Below, one piece after another: positions 18,294 through 27,639 of a stretch of DNA of 40,141 nucleotides. Source of the stretch: a virus (Duplodnaviria; Caudoviricetes); the IMG/VR virus record IMGVR_UViG_3300005805_000187, positions 1 to 40,141 of that record; one strand, 5' to 3'. The notes beneath the pieces were generated by a model. The model searched no databases, had not been told where the DNA came from, and saw only the letters and a program-made list of their open reading frames with translations. Positions within the stretch are counted from its first letter, which is position 1. Every line of letters starts with the position of its first letter. The position numbers and the translations under genes were made by a program.

Positions 18294-18313
18294 ACAAGGG
18301 TGGATACTATTAA

Positions 18314-20665
18314 ATGGCAGCCGGAACGATTCAAGTAAGTCCAGTTGGTCAACAACCAACAAGAGACATATTCAATATAATCGGAGAGAAAGTCAAGAAG
18401 GCCAAAGAGCAAGCGGTGGAAGCTCGCCAAGAAGCAGATAAGAGAATTGAAGATCTTGAGAAAATTCCAGATGATGAAAAAACACAAGATGATATTGTTG
18501 AGTTAGATTCACTCAAACAAAAAAGAAGTGAGAACGCATATTTTTTTAAGAAGGCATTAAGATTTCAGGCAACTGACAAAATTAGAACAACAATGGGTAA
18601 GTTCCAGAGAGATCCGGAACTACAAAATGATCCAGCAGCAACAGAGAAAGAAAGATTTTATGCCAAGACTGGAATGTTTAGACCTGGCGAAATGCCAGAT
18701 ATGTCTGATAGAGAAGGTAGTAAAGATGTAGTGAGTTATGTTGGAAAGGGATTCCAACTTATCATGGATGCGATTGACAAAATCAAAGCAAGAGTAAACA
18801 AAACAGCATCTAGCAGTGAACAAACAGCATCCACTGCTTCATCTACAGAATCAAAAACTGATGGTGTAAAAAATTCTACAGAGAATTTAAATAATACTAC
18901 AGAAACAATATCAAATGTTTCCAAGGAAGAACTCAAAGTTCAGCAAATGGAGTTGGACTTTGAGCAGCAGGCAGAACAGGAAAGAAATAGAGCAGAGGCA
19001 GAGGCAAGATCTGAAGCACAATCAGATTCTGCTGGTGCCACAGATGTTAAAGAAACTGGTCAGGGGTTATCTCCAAAGAGCGGAGGATTATTCTCATCCA
19101 TATTAAACATAGGAGGTCAATTACTTAGTGGTAGAGGTGGTGGAAGATTAGGTGGGTTTGCTCGTAGAGGTAGAGCATTTGGAAGACTAGGTAGAATGAG
19201 AGCAGGAAGGATGATGAATCCTGCTAGAAGAAATAGACAATACACTGCTCCAATTGGTCCACAACCAATGAATTCGCCTACACCATGGGCAGCAGAAGGT
19301 GGTGGATTTGTTCCTAGGATGCCATCTAGTAATATAAATCTGTCTGATGGTGGAATTATTGCTCCAATTAAACCAGGAAAACAAAAGAAATTAGCAGATG
19401 GCGGAATTACTGGTCTAATTTCTAAATTTCTACCACCACCATTGGGTCCAATGCTCAGCATGATGATCAACCCAGGTGGAGCAATGGGTGGAATTGGTAA
19501 AGCAATGGGTGGAATTGGTGGTGCCGTTAGCAGTGGATTCCAGATGCTAACTAATCCAACAAAATTGATTGGTGATGGATTGAAAGCTGTATTGCCAATG
19601 AATCGCAATATTGGTAAAGATTTATTTGGAGGTGGAGATAAAAGGAAGACAGAAAATATAACAAAAGTATTGACAGATCTTCCACAAATCTTTGCTGGTG
19701 GAGCATTAGCAGGATTTATTGGCATGGTTGCTAGATCATCTCCAATTCTTGGATTAATGTTGAATGCTGCTAAACCTGTAATAAAACCATTACTTGACGC
19801 AATTGGACTTCCAGCATCAATATTGGGAGCAATATTTGGAGGGTCTGCTTCCGCCGCTACAATGCCTCCAAATTTTGGTAATGAAGAAGATGATAATGAT
19901 AATGGTGATGATACTAATCCTACTACTGATCCTGTTGATCCATATACTGGACCAATAAGTGGCGAAACTTTTAATCCTCTTCCAGGTGGATCTGCTGGAA
20001 CAGGATCTGGGCAAGTATTTGGTGCTTCTAGAGATGGGGGAAGTAGGTCTCATGCTGGAGTTGATATGACAGAACATAGGCAAAAAGATTCTAGGGCTCC
20101 AATAGTTGCCTATAAAACTGGAAAATTGATAAAGGTAGTTGCTTCAGATCAATATCCTTATGGCGATATGGAAATAGATCATGGAGGTGGGTTAATTACA
20201 AGATATTTACATGTAATTCCTAGATCAGGATTGAAGAAAGGTGATACAGTATATGGAGGACAACAAATAGGAAAATTATACAGATATTTTGATGGGAGTA
20301 CGGAACAAACTCATTTACATTTTGAAGCATATAAAGATGGAAAATTATTGAATCCAACATCAATGATTAGTAGCGCAAAAAATAATACTTCTGCCCCTCT
20401 TTCCGATATAAGAGCCAAAGAACTAGCCGGTGTTTCCCCACAATCTCCTACAGCAGCTTCTCCTAGACAAGATACATCAACTTCAAGATCATCACAATCT
20501 CAAAACAGAGGTGGACAAAGAGGTGGCGGAACATCACCAGGAAGTGTTAGAGCAGCTGCTAGTGGATCTTCTGGTTCTTCATCACCAACTGGACCATCTT
20601 CATATTCAGCAAGGCCAAGCGAAGGCATTCATACATATTATGGCGGTGGGTTGCAAGGAGTATGA
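18314..20665 (+). CDS. Large tail/baseplate protein with M23 metallopeptidase domain
   Basis: HAGVD (HxxxD), YLH and HLHFE motifs. Confidence 0.82.
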   Translation: MAAGTIQVSPVGQQPTRDIFNIIGEKVKKAKEQAVEARQEADKRIEDLEKIPDDEKTQDDIVELDSLKQKRSENAYFFKKALRFQATDKIRTTMGKFQRDPELQNDPAATEKERFYAKTGMFRPGEMPDMSDREGSKDVVSYVGKGFQLIMDAIDKIKARVNKTASSSEQTASTASSTESKTDGVKNSTENLNNTTETISNVSKEELKVQQMELDFEQQAEQERNRAEAEARSEAQSDSAGATDVKETGQGLSPKSGGLFSSILNIGGQLLSGRGGGRLGGFARRGRAFGRLGRMRAGRMMNPARRNRQYTAPIGPQPMNSPTPWAAEGGGFVPRMPSSNINLSDGGIIAPIKPGKQKKLADGGITGLISKFLPPPLGPMLSMMINPGGAMGGIGKAMGGIGGAVSSGFQMLTNPTKLIGDGLKAVLPMNRNIGKDLFGGGDKRKTENITKVLTDLPQIFAGGALAGFIGMVARSSPILGLMLNAAKPVIKPLLDAIGLPASILGAIFGGSASAATMPPNFGNEEDDNDNGDDTNPTTDPVDPYTGPISGETFNPLPGGSAGTGSGQVFGASRDGGSRSHAGVDMTEHRQKDSRAPIVAYKTGKLIKVVASDQYPYGDMEIDHGGGLITRYLHVIPRSGLKKGDTVYGGQQIGKLYRYFDGSTEQTHLHFEAYKDGKLLNPTSMISSAKNNTSAPLSDIRAKELAGVSPQSPTAASPRQDTSTSRSSQSQNRGGQRGGGTSPGSVRAAASGSSGSSSPTGPSSYSARPSEGIHTYYGGGLQGV

Positions 20666-22098
20666 GTAGTTTAAAAGATTTTAAACCTGTTAAAATTCTT
20701 ATAACATCTGTAATAGATGCTGGTAAAACATATGATATTACATCTCTGTGCTCAGCATTTAGATATTTTGAAGATATTGATATGCCATTTGTGATGGGAG
20801 AATTATCAGTTATTGATAGCGGATTGAATCTGATAAAAACTCTACCTATTCAAGGCGGGGAACAAATCACAGTCACTATGGAATGTGCGTCTTCAACAAA
20901 TGGAACAAATCCATCTGTTCAAGAAATTACATATGATCTTCATGTTTGGAAAGTTCAGAATAGAAATTTTACAGCAAAAATTCAAGCATATACATTATTA
21001 CTATTGCCAATAGAAGCATTCGCAAATGAATACTCTAGAGTTATCAGAAAATTAACAGGTCATCCTGATGAGATTGTAGAAAAATTATTGAAGGAAGAAT
21101 TAGAAACAGAAAAGAAAATTATGGTGGAGAGAACAAAAAACAAAGTATGTTTCTTTCCAGCAAGAAAAAGTGTTGTATCATTAATTCAATCTTTACAGAT
21201 TAGATCAATATCAGAAAAAGCATCTCAAAGAAAAACTGATGCTAAACCAGCAACAACAAAGAGTTCAAAAAATTCTGAAAACAGTGAAAACGACGCTCAA
21301 GTATCTGGAACAGCAGGATATTTTTTCTTTCAGAATAAAAATGGATTTACATTCAAATCTATTGACTTAATTTGTGCCGTAGGTAATCAAGGTTCTTTTC
21401 AAGGATCTGATGTCATTGGAACTTACTATGCCAAACCTGGAATGGATCCAGATAATCCTGAAAATTATTTTATCATATCAAATTATAAATTTTCGGATGA
21501 AATAGATATACTTGACAAGCTCAGAAGAGGATCTTATTCAACTAAACTAGTATTTTATAATATATCTACTGGTGATTGTGAGGAAATAGTTTACTCTTTA
21601 AATGACACATTTAAAGATATGGTGAAACTCGGCAAACAAAGTAAATTGCCAGATTTTCAGGTCAAGCAGTCGGAAAAACCAACCAGAGTTATGTCAATGG
21701 TTATTGATCATGAGACCTGGCACTACGATGAAAACGTAGCAGATCCTGAAGATGAAAAAACACCAGGAAATACTGAATTTGTTGACAATAGTAAATATTT
21801 GATTGCTCAAGGTATAGCAAGAAGAAGTTCTTTAGAGTTACAAAAATTAGAAATATCTGTTCCTGGAAATTCCGAACTAGTTGTTGGCGAAAAGATTAAA
21901 GTATATCTACCAAACATGGCAAATGAAGGAACTAGAATTAGAGACCCATGGGACAAAGAATCTAGTGGAAATTATTTAATTTCTAAGTTATCACATAATT
22001 ATATGATGGCAGTTGAAACTGGTCCTAAATTTACAACTTCTCTTGAACTAATTCGTGATACATATGGTATGGAAGAAGAAGCGAGTGGTGTAAAATAA
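20662..22098 (+). CDS. Putative baseplate hub protein (gp27-like)
   Basis: YFEDID, LPIQGGE, YFFFQ, VPGN and SGNYLI motifs; directly upstream of gp5. Confidence 0.65.
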   Translation: MSSLKDFKPVKILITSVIDAGKTYDITSLCSAFRYFEDIDMPFVMGELSVIDSGLNLIKTLPIQGGEQITVTMECASSTNGTNPSVQEITYDLHVWKVQNRNFTAKIQAYTLLLLPIEAFANEYSRVIRKLTGHPDEIVEKLLKEELETEKKIMVERTKNKVCFFPARKSVVSLIQSLQIRSISEKASQRKTDAKPATTKSSKNSENSENDAQVSGTAGYFFFQNKNGFTFKSIDLICAVGNQGSFQGSDVIGTYYAKPGMDPDNPENYFIISNYKFSDEIDILDKLRRGSYSTKLVFYNISTGDCEEIVYSLNDTFKDMVKLGKQSKLPDFQVKQSEKPTRVMSMVIDHETWHYDENVADPEDEKTPGNTEFVDNSKYLIAQGIARRSSLELQKLEISVPGNSELVVGEKIKVYLPNMANEGTRIRDPWDKESSGNYLISKLSHNYMMAVETGPKFTTSLELIRDTYGMEEEASGVK

Positions 22099-22099
22099 T

Positions 22100-25000
22100 A
22101 TGGATCCCGTACTATCCAGTTTATTCCCAACATACAAAATCGGAAGCGATGGTTTTTCGTGGTGGATTGGTCAGGTTGAGAATAACAAAGATATTAAAAA
22201 TAGCGGAAGAGTTCAAGTAAGAATCGTTGGTGTTCATCACAAAGAAGGTGGTGTAACAGGCACTGATGAACTTCCATGGGCACATGTAATGATGCCAGCA
22301 AACGTTCCATATGTTGATGGCGGAACCACTGGCGCTACAAATAATTTACAGATTGGTTCTTGGGTTGTTGGATTCTATCTTGATACTGATTGTCAACGTC
22401 CGTTAGTCATTGGATCAATTGCTCATACACAAGCATCAACAACTAAAGCACTTCAGGATTACAAACCAGGCACTAAAAGTCTTGGACTTAGACCAACTAG
22501 AGCAATTGGTGTAAATCCAGCAGTACATAGATCAGCAAATGAGCAGTCTGGAACTAATCAGCAGGGAGCAAATACTGAGGGTGGAGAACCAGCTGCCAAA
22601 AAATCAACAGAAAGAGCATCGTGTCCCGCTATTCTCGGAGCACTGGCAGGTGAAAATTCGGAGACAAACCCAACTGGAGGTAAACAGTGTGTTGAACTTG
22701 CTGATGCTAATTGTGACTCAAAAGATTTAGGAACTGGAATTAAAAAAATTATTGGAGATTTGCTCAAAAATAATCAACAGTCCGGCGGACAAATAGGAAC
22801 TTATTATGTTTCTCAAGCAAACGGATTGCTTTATAGTGCTGTAGATATTCCAAGAAAGTATATTGATAAAGTTAGTAGACTAATCACTTCATTTTCACTC
22901 AGAATTAAAGCAGAAATTGTGTATGGAATTCGTGAAGGAATTGAAGCACTGATTAAATTGATCATGGGGGTTCAAACTGCTAAAGCTACGACCGAAGCAG
23001 CTGCTGATAAACCAAAATCTCCATTAGGATCTTATGTTCCGAATACGGAGCGTGGTAACTTCCTGAAGAGTGTATTGGATGCTATCAATAAAGTTCTGAA
23101 TGAACTTGGTTGTAGTTTTACCAGGACTTTAGATCAATTGATTCAATATATTATTGATTTAATTATGGAATATTTACAAGATGCTTTCAACGCGGCATTT
23201 TGTCTTGTTGATAGTATTGTTGATAAAATTTTAAAATTTTTAGAATCATCTTTTGGTACTTTAATTTCAACAGTCCTAGGTCCACTACAAGATATTCTAG
23301 GTCAGGCAGGAAGTTTCTTAGATATTATTGGTGGAGCAATCAACAGAGTTCTTTCAATACTTGGTATTAGTTGTACTGGTGTAAATAATGATTGTAACAA
23401 AAATAAAACAAAATGTAGTGATGGTGGAACAGAGGATAAGAAAGAGAATGAGAAAGATTTTCTTGATAATTTGATTGATGAAATTGAAAATGGAAGTTTG
23501 ACTGGAAAGAAACTTGGACCAGTTACTAGGGGAGTTTGTAATGATGCTAAAACAAGATCACCTCTAAGACCAACGCAAGTTAATTTTGTTGGTGGAGTTC
23601 CAAATAAACCAGTTACTAGTGATTATGTCGCTACTACAACAACAATACCAGATATTCCTATTCAGCAAATTGATTTTCCTGAATTTACTGATCTTCCAAA
23701 TGCTATAGCTACACCAGATGCTACTAGAGATGATTCTAATCAGGTGGAATATAGAATCACAGCAGTAGAACCAATTATTAAGGAGGGAGAAACCGCAGTA
23801 TTTGAAGTTGTTGGACCTTTAAGAAATGGTGTGCTACAAATAGAGATACTAGGATCGTCAACAATACCAGCAGAAGCAGGAGAAATTTATGAACCTTGTT
23901 TGATTGAAAGTGGAGACGGATTGGCTACTGGATTTGAAGTTCAGGTATCAAGAAATGGAATTGGTGTTCCATTAGTTAATATTTTAACAGGTGGTAGAGG
24001 ATACTTAGTAGGAATGGAATTTACCTTGAATGGATCTAAAATTGGTGGATCTGATATAGCTGATGATATTAAGATTAGAATTACTGTGGTCGGTGAATTA
24101 ATTAATTATAGAATATTTGGAGATGTTTATGATAAAAATTTACTAGATTTTGATCTTTATCCAGAATTTGGATCATTTACATACACTGAACCAAGATCTT
24201 TTTCATTCCCAATCATTGATGATGTTGGCAATCAACAACCATCGTTTATTGGATTGGAATTTTTACAAAAAAGAGCATCTGATAGTATCATTATTTGGGA
24301 TGAAGAACCATCGGAAACTTATCCAGAAGAAGAAAGAGATAATAGTATAATTAATTTGACCTCAGATAAAAATTCCTATCAAGAAGGGGAAAATATAATT
24401 TACACGGTCACAACTGAAAATATATTGGATGGAACTGTATATGAATATGCTATATTTGGAACTGTAGATTCTTCCGATTACTTAACAGTTGGGGAGCAAA
24501 AAATTACAATCGCAAATTCTGGTGCTAATTTTATTATATCAATAAATGAAGATTTTGTGAAAGAAGAGCAAGAATCGCTAACGGTTTTGCTTCTAGGTAA
24601 AAATGAAATTGGAGAGTTTGTAGTTCCTGTGGCATCATTAACTGTTAGTATAGTTGATAATATTGATCAGAAAGATGTAGCATCACAATTTACATTAACT
24701 CCAAATACAACACAACAACAATTGGAAGATTATCTAAATTCTGTTGGTACTACCGTTTCTACTGATTTTGGTAGCGTAACTGTACAACTACCTCCAGATC
24801 TTGGAGCACTTCAACCAAATGATAACTTTGATAGTGAACCAGACATCTTTGAACCTCCAATTGCTGGAGATCCGATTGTTGATGAAGATGGATCTATTAT
24901 CAGTATTCCTATTGTATATCCAGGAAATCGTTCGTATCAAATTCCACCTAAGGTAGACATTTCCGGAGAAGGTTATGGTGGTGCTGGAATTGTATTACTT

Positions 25001-25387
25001 GATAATAAAGGATTTGTATCTGAAATCAGAGTGACTAGAATTGGAACTGGATATGTTCCCAATTTACCAGATACAAATGGATTACAATGTGTAATTGATT
25101 CATTTACTATTGTGAGACCTGGATTTGGATATACTGAACCACCAACAGTTTACGTTGATGATGATCCAGATGTTGCTGAAGTAACTATTGATGAGAATGG
25201 ATTTATCAATGGCGTGAGAGTGTTAAATAGAAGTAAGTCTTATGACACCATTCCCAGAATTCTTGTAATTGGTGGAGGTGGAGCAGGAGGATTTATTCTT
25301 CCAAGTTTAGTTTGCTTACCACCTGTTGAACTTGAACAGAAGGGATACGTCAAGATTGGTACTGGTTCTTACATTGATTGTCCATAA
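22100..25387 (+). CDS. gp5: Baseplate hub/spike protein gp5 (OB-fold N-terminus; no lysozyme domain evident)
   Basis: WWIGQVE, GRVQVRIVGVH, LPWA, WVVGFYLD and P-x-VIG motifs. Confidence 0.88.
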   Translation: MDPVLSSLFPTYKIGSDGFSWWIGQVENNKDIKNSGRVQVRIVGVHHKEGGVTGTDELPWAHVMMPANVPYVDGGTTGATNNLQIGSWVVGFYLDTDCQRPLVIGSIAHTQASTTKALQDYKPGTKSLGLRPTRAIGVNPAVHRSANEQSGTNQQGANTEGGEPAAKKSTERASCPAILGALAGENSETNPTGGKQCVELADANCDSKDLGTGIKKIIGDLLKNNQQSGGQIGTYYVSQANGLLYSAVDIPRKYIDKVSRLITSFSLRIKAEIVYGIREGIEALIKLIMGVQTAKATTEAAADKPKSPLGSYVPNTERGNFLKSVLDAINKVLNELGCSFTRTLDQLIQYIIDLIMEYLQDAFNAAFCLVDSIVDKILKFLESSFGTLISTVLGPLQDILGQAGSFLDIIGGAINRVLSILGISCTGVNNDCNKNKTKCSDGGTEDKKENEKDFLDNLIDEIENGSLTGKKLGPVTRGVCNDAKTRSPLRPTQVNFVGGVPNKPVTSDYVATTTTIPDIPIQQIDFPEFTDLPNAIATPDATRDDSNQVEYRITAVEPIIKEGETAVFEVVGPLRNGVLQIEILGSSTIPAEAGEIYEPCLIESGDGLATGFEVQVSRNGIGVPLVNILTGGRGYLVGMEFTLNGSKIGGSDIADDIKIRITVVGELINYRIFGDVYDKNLLDFDLYPEFGSFTYTEPRSFSFPIIDDVGNQQPSFIGLEFLQKRASDSIIIWDEEPSETYPEEERDNSIINLTSDKNSYQEGENIIYTVTTENILDGTVYEYAIFGTVDSSDYLTVGEQKITIANSGANFIISINEDFVKEEQESLTVLLLGKNEIGEFVVPVASLTVSIVDNIDQKDVASQFTLTPNTTQQQLEDYLNSVGTTVSTDFGSVTVQLPPDLGALQPNDNFDSEPDIFEPPIAGDPIVDEDGSIISIPIVYPGNRSYQIPPKVDISGEGYGGAGIVLLDNKGFVSEIRVTRIGTGYVPNLPDTNGLQCVIDSFTIVRPGFGYTEPPTVYVDDDPDVAEVTIDENGFINGVRVLNRSKSYDTIPRILVIGGGGAGGFILPSLVCLPPVELEQKGYVKIGTGSYIDCP

Positions 25388-26466
25388 TGGCTCAAAATTA
25401 TAAACAACCTACAAACGCAGCGGATTACTTAGGAAAGATATCCGAACCTACTGATGGTAGAGGTACTCCGTATAATTTAAAATTTTGTACTGGGGATATA
25501 CAGGTTATAGGAGTTCACCTGGGATTTTTGATTGGAACTTACTCAAATAAGGATGGTTCTGGTGGTCTCTTTATTACTAATGGATCAAGTTGTTTTCATG
25601 TAGACCAAAATAGAAATATTCACATCAAAACAGGTAAATCAGCAGAAGATGGAGCAAAGGGAGGGAACATACAGTTAAGATCTGATGACTTTATTCAGAC
25701 TGTAACTGGTGGGTATGCTTTAGAAATTTCCGGAACAGATGATAAGACAACTGCCAGTAAAGATGGAAAGAAGCAGGAAAAGGAACCAGCATATTCAGTT
25801 GTAGTTTATGGAAATGTAGACATTGTATCTAAAGGTGGAGACTTAAAACTTGCCGGGGACAACATTTTATTGAATGCCAAAGAGCAAGTAAAAATTCAAG
25901 CAGGAAGTCAGATACTAGCAACAGCAGGAGACGGATCTGGAAAAATAGATCTATTGGCTGGAGAAGTAAAGACAACTGCTAAGTTTGCTAAGTTTGATCT
26001 CACTGGAGCATTTACTGTAGATGGTGCTGAGGAGATTGCTCTTAACCAAAAACTTGCTGTTGATCCCATTTCTGGAGGTGTAAAGATTAACACTCCTGGT
26101 GCTGCTACTGCTGTTAATAGCATGGGCAGTAAGAGTAGTGTAATTATTGGTCCTGAAAAGATTACATCGCTTGGAAATCTTCAATTAGAGGGATATAAAG
26201 TTATATCTCAAAGCATCGGTGGAATTGGTAATTTAACATTGGGTCCGATTGCTGAGTATACTTTATCACAATACTATGGAACATTTGTCGGTACTCCTAG
26301 AGAAAATTCAATATCATTAAACGCATATGATTTGTATACAGGTGGAACTATTGGTACATCATACAAGCTAACTGGCATGGATGTCAACCTTGATTCTCTT
26401 GGAACTATTACAGGACGTGCTGTATCTATCGTAGACTTTATTGGTACTCTAATTCTACTTAACTAG
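25387..26466 (+). CDS. Putative structural protein, beta-strand rich (spike-like)
   Basis: TAATG coupling to gp5; Gly/Thr/Ile-rich periodic strands. Confidence 0.55.
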   Translation: MAQNYKQPTNAADYLGKISEPTDGRGTPYNLKFCTGDIQVIGVHLGFLIGTYSNKDGSGGLFITNGSSCFHVDQNRNIHIKTGKSAEDGAKGGNIQLRSDDFIQTVTGGYALEISGTDDKTTASKDGKKQEKEPAYSVVVYGNVDIVSKGGDLKLAGDNILLNAKEQVKIQAGSQILATAGDGSGKIDLLAGEVKTTAKFAKFDLTGAFTVDGAEEIALNQKLAVDPISGGVKINTPGAATAVNSMGSKSSVIIGPEKITSLGNLQLEGYKVISQSIGGIGNLTLGPIAEYTLSQYYGTFVGTPRENSISLNAYDLYTGGTIGTSYKLTGMDVNLDSLGTITGRAVSIVDFIGTLILLN

Positions 26467-26472
26467 GGGGGG

Positions 26473-26501
26473 TTGACAAACCTCAGAAAACGGCCTAGAA
26501 T
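26473..26501 (+). promoter_or_regulatory. sigma70-type promoter
   Basis: TTGACA-N17-TAGAAT. Confidence 0.8.
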
Positions 26502-26527
26502 AAGCTTGTCCGGTAAAGATGAGACCT

Positions 26528-26677
26528 ATGAAGCTTAAAGTAACCAAGAGAAATTTCACTGATTCTAATGGAAATAGTTGGGAATGGGAAGAGACTGCCG
26601 AGACTCTTCAAGCACTCAACGTCCTCCATGGGGTCACTCCCAAAACTGCCACACCCCCCTTGACAAGACCCACCTAA
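26528..26677 (+). CDS. Small hypothetical protein, 49 aa (not in ORF track)
   Basis: MKLKVTKRNFTDSNGNSWEWEETAETLQAL... directly after the promoter. Confidence 0.55.
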   Translation: MKLKVTKRNFTDSNGNSWEWEETAETLQALNVLHGVTPKTATPPLTRPT

Positions 26678-26688
26678 CCTGTTATTAT
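26643..26688 (+). promoter_or_regulatory. tRNA-operon promoter with upstream element
   Basis: AAACTGCCACA(26643-26653), then TTGACA(26660)-N17-TATTAT(26683). Confidence 0.8.
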
Positions 26689-26722
26689 ACATACATACAA
26701 ACGACGAGGTTAAACGGGAGCG

Positions 26723-26845
26723 ATGAAAGTTCCAAACTGGCAACACCATTCCAAGAAAGAACAGAAACGCTCCCTTAAACCTCAAATGTTGAGGGCAGCA
26801 AAGGCTAAACGTCAAGCACTCAAACGTAAGTTGTCGCTGGTTTAG
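26723..26845 (+). CDS. 40-aa basic peptide (not in ORF track)
   Basis: GGAG RBS; MKVPNWQHHSKKEQKRSLKPQMLRAAKAKRQALKRKLSLV*. Confidence 0.65.
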   Translation: MKVPNWQHHSKKEQKRSLKPQMLRAAKAKRQALKRKLSLV

Positions 26846-26908
26846 CTATCTGGTGAAAGCACCCGACTCATAATCGGATATAGGTGGGTTCAATCCCCTC
26901 AACCAGCA
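26836..26908 (+). tRNA. tRNA-Met/Ile2 (CAU)
   Basis: GCTGGTT/AACCAGC acceptor stem, CT-CAT-AA loop, TTCAA T-loop; lacks the initiator GGG/CCC stem. Confidence 0.85.
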
Positions 26909-26995
26909 TTTGGACTCCAGCAAGGTGCTTGCTAGGATATAAACAACTGACGCCTCCCTCTGCGGAAAGAGTAACCATCAGGTCAGTGTCCAAAT
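26908..26995 (+). ncRNA. Unidentified structured RNA between tRNAs
   Basis: ATTTGGAC/GTCCAAAT closing stem with AGCAAG/CTTGCT, ACTGAC/GTCAGT and CTCT/AGAG helices. Confidence 0.65.
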
Positions 26996-27000
26996 TATAT

Positions 27001-27082
27001 GTCGATGTGGCGGAATTGGTAGACGCGCTGGGTTTAGGTTCCAGTGAATTAATTCGTGGAGGTTCAAGTCCTCTCATCGACA
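27001..27082 (+). tRNA. tRNA-Leu (UAG)
   Basis: GTCGATG/CATCGAC acceptor stem, TT-TAG-GT loop, variable arm. Confidence 0.95.
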
Positions 27083-27085
27083 TTT

Positions 27086-27172
27086 GGAGGATTGGCTGAG
27101 TGGCTTAAAGCAGCAGTTTGCTAAACTGCCGAAGGGGCAACCTTTCCGTTGGTTCAAATCCAACATCCTCCG
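27086..27172 (+). tRNA. tRNA-Ser (GCU)
   Basis: GGAGGAT/ATCCTCC acceptor stem, GCT anticodon, long variable arm, G73. Confidence 0.95.
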
Positions 27173-27178
27173 CCTCAT

Positions 27179-27253
27179 TCTGAGGTAGCCAAGTGGTAAG
27201 GCAGCGGGTTTTGGTCCCGCCATTCGTGGGTCCGAATCCTACCCTCAGAACCA
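27179..27253 (+). tRNA. tRNA-Gln (UUG)
   Basis: TCTGAGG/CCTCAGA acceptor stem, TTG anticodon, encoded CCA. Confidence 0.92.
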
Positions 27254-27254
27254 A

Positions 27255-27327
27255 GGGTCTGTAACTCAGTTGGTAGAGTAGCGGGCTTTTAACCTGTAAG
27301 TCGTCGGTTCGATCCCGACCAGACCCA
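27255..27327 (+). tRNA. tRNA-Lys (UUU)
   Basis: GGGTCTG/CAGACCC acceptor stem, CT-TTT-AA loop. Confidence 0.95.
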
Positions 27328-27329
27328 TT

Positions 27330-27401
27330 GGAACCGTAGCTCAGCGGTAGAGCACTCGGCTGATAACCGAGCGGTCACAAGTTCAAATCTTGTCGGTTCC
27401 A
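27330..27401 (+). tRNA. tRNA-Ile (GAU)
   Basis: GGAACCG/CGGTTCC acceptor stem, CT-GAT-AA loop. Confidence 0.95.
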
Positions 27402-27402
27402 C

Positions 27403-27431
27403 TTGACAACCATCCATTCACATGGTATGAT
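27403..27431 (+). promoter_or_regulatory. sigma70-type promoter inside the tRNA cluster
   Basis: TTGACA-N17-TATGAT, with TG upstream of the -10. Confidence 0.8.
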
Positions 27432-27446
27432 TGTCCTATCCCGAAA

Positions 27447-27521
27447 GGGACTGTCGCCTATTGGTTAAGGCCCACTGCTTATAACGGTGTGAACTGAGTT
27501 CAATTCTCAGCAGTCCTACCA
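27447..27521 (+). tRNA. tRNA-Ile (UAU)
   Basis: GGGACTG/CAGTCCT acceptor stem, CACTG-CT-TAT-AA-CGGTG anticodon arm, encoded CCA. Confidence 0.9.
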
Positions 27522-27522
27522 A

Positions 27523-27605
27523 GCGAGTATGGTGGAATCGGTAGACACACCAGACTTAAAATCTGTTGGGCATTGCCCGTGGGAGTTCAAGTCTCCCTAC
27601 TCGCA
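27523..27605 (+). tRNA. tRNA-Leu (UAA)
   Basis: GCGAGTA/TACTCGC acceptor stem, CT-TAA-AA loop, variable arm. Confidence 0.95.
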
Positions 27606-27639
27606 TCCACACTAAATAACATTGTGTGGAAATTCAAAC

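Noticed and set aside
26946-26972. Possible hammerhead ribozyme (CUGACG...GAAA)
   Set aside because: The core reads CUGACGC rather than CUGANGA, and CUGAC is better paired with GUCAG.
26868-27099. ORFs on both strands across the first tRNAs
   Set aside because: The region is fully explained by tRNAs and a structured RNA.
27523-27605. Group I intron in tRNA-Leu(UAA)
   Set aside because: The anticodon loop is uninterrupted.
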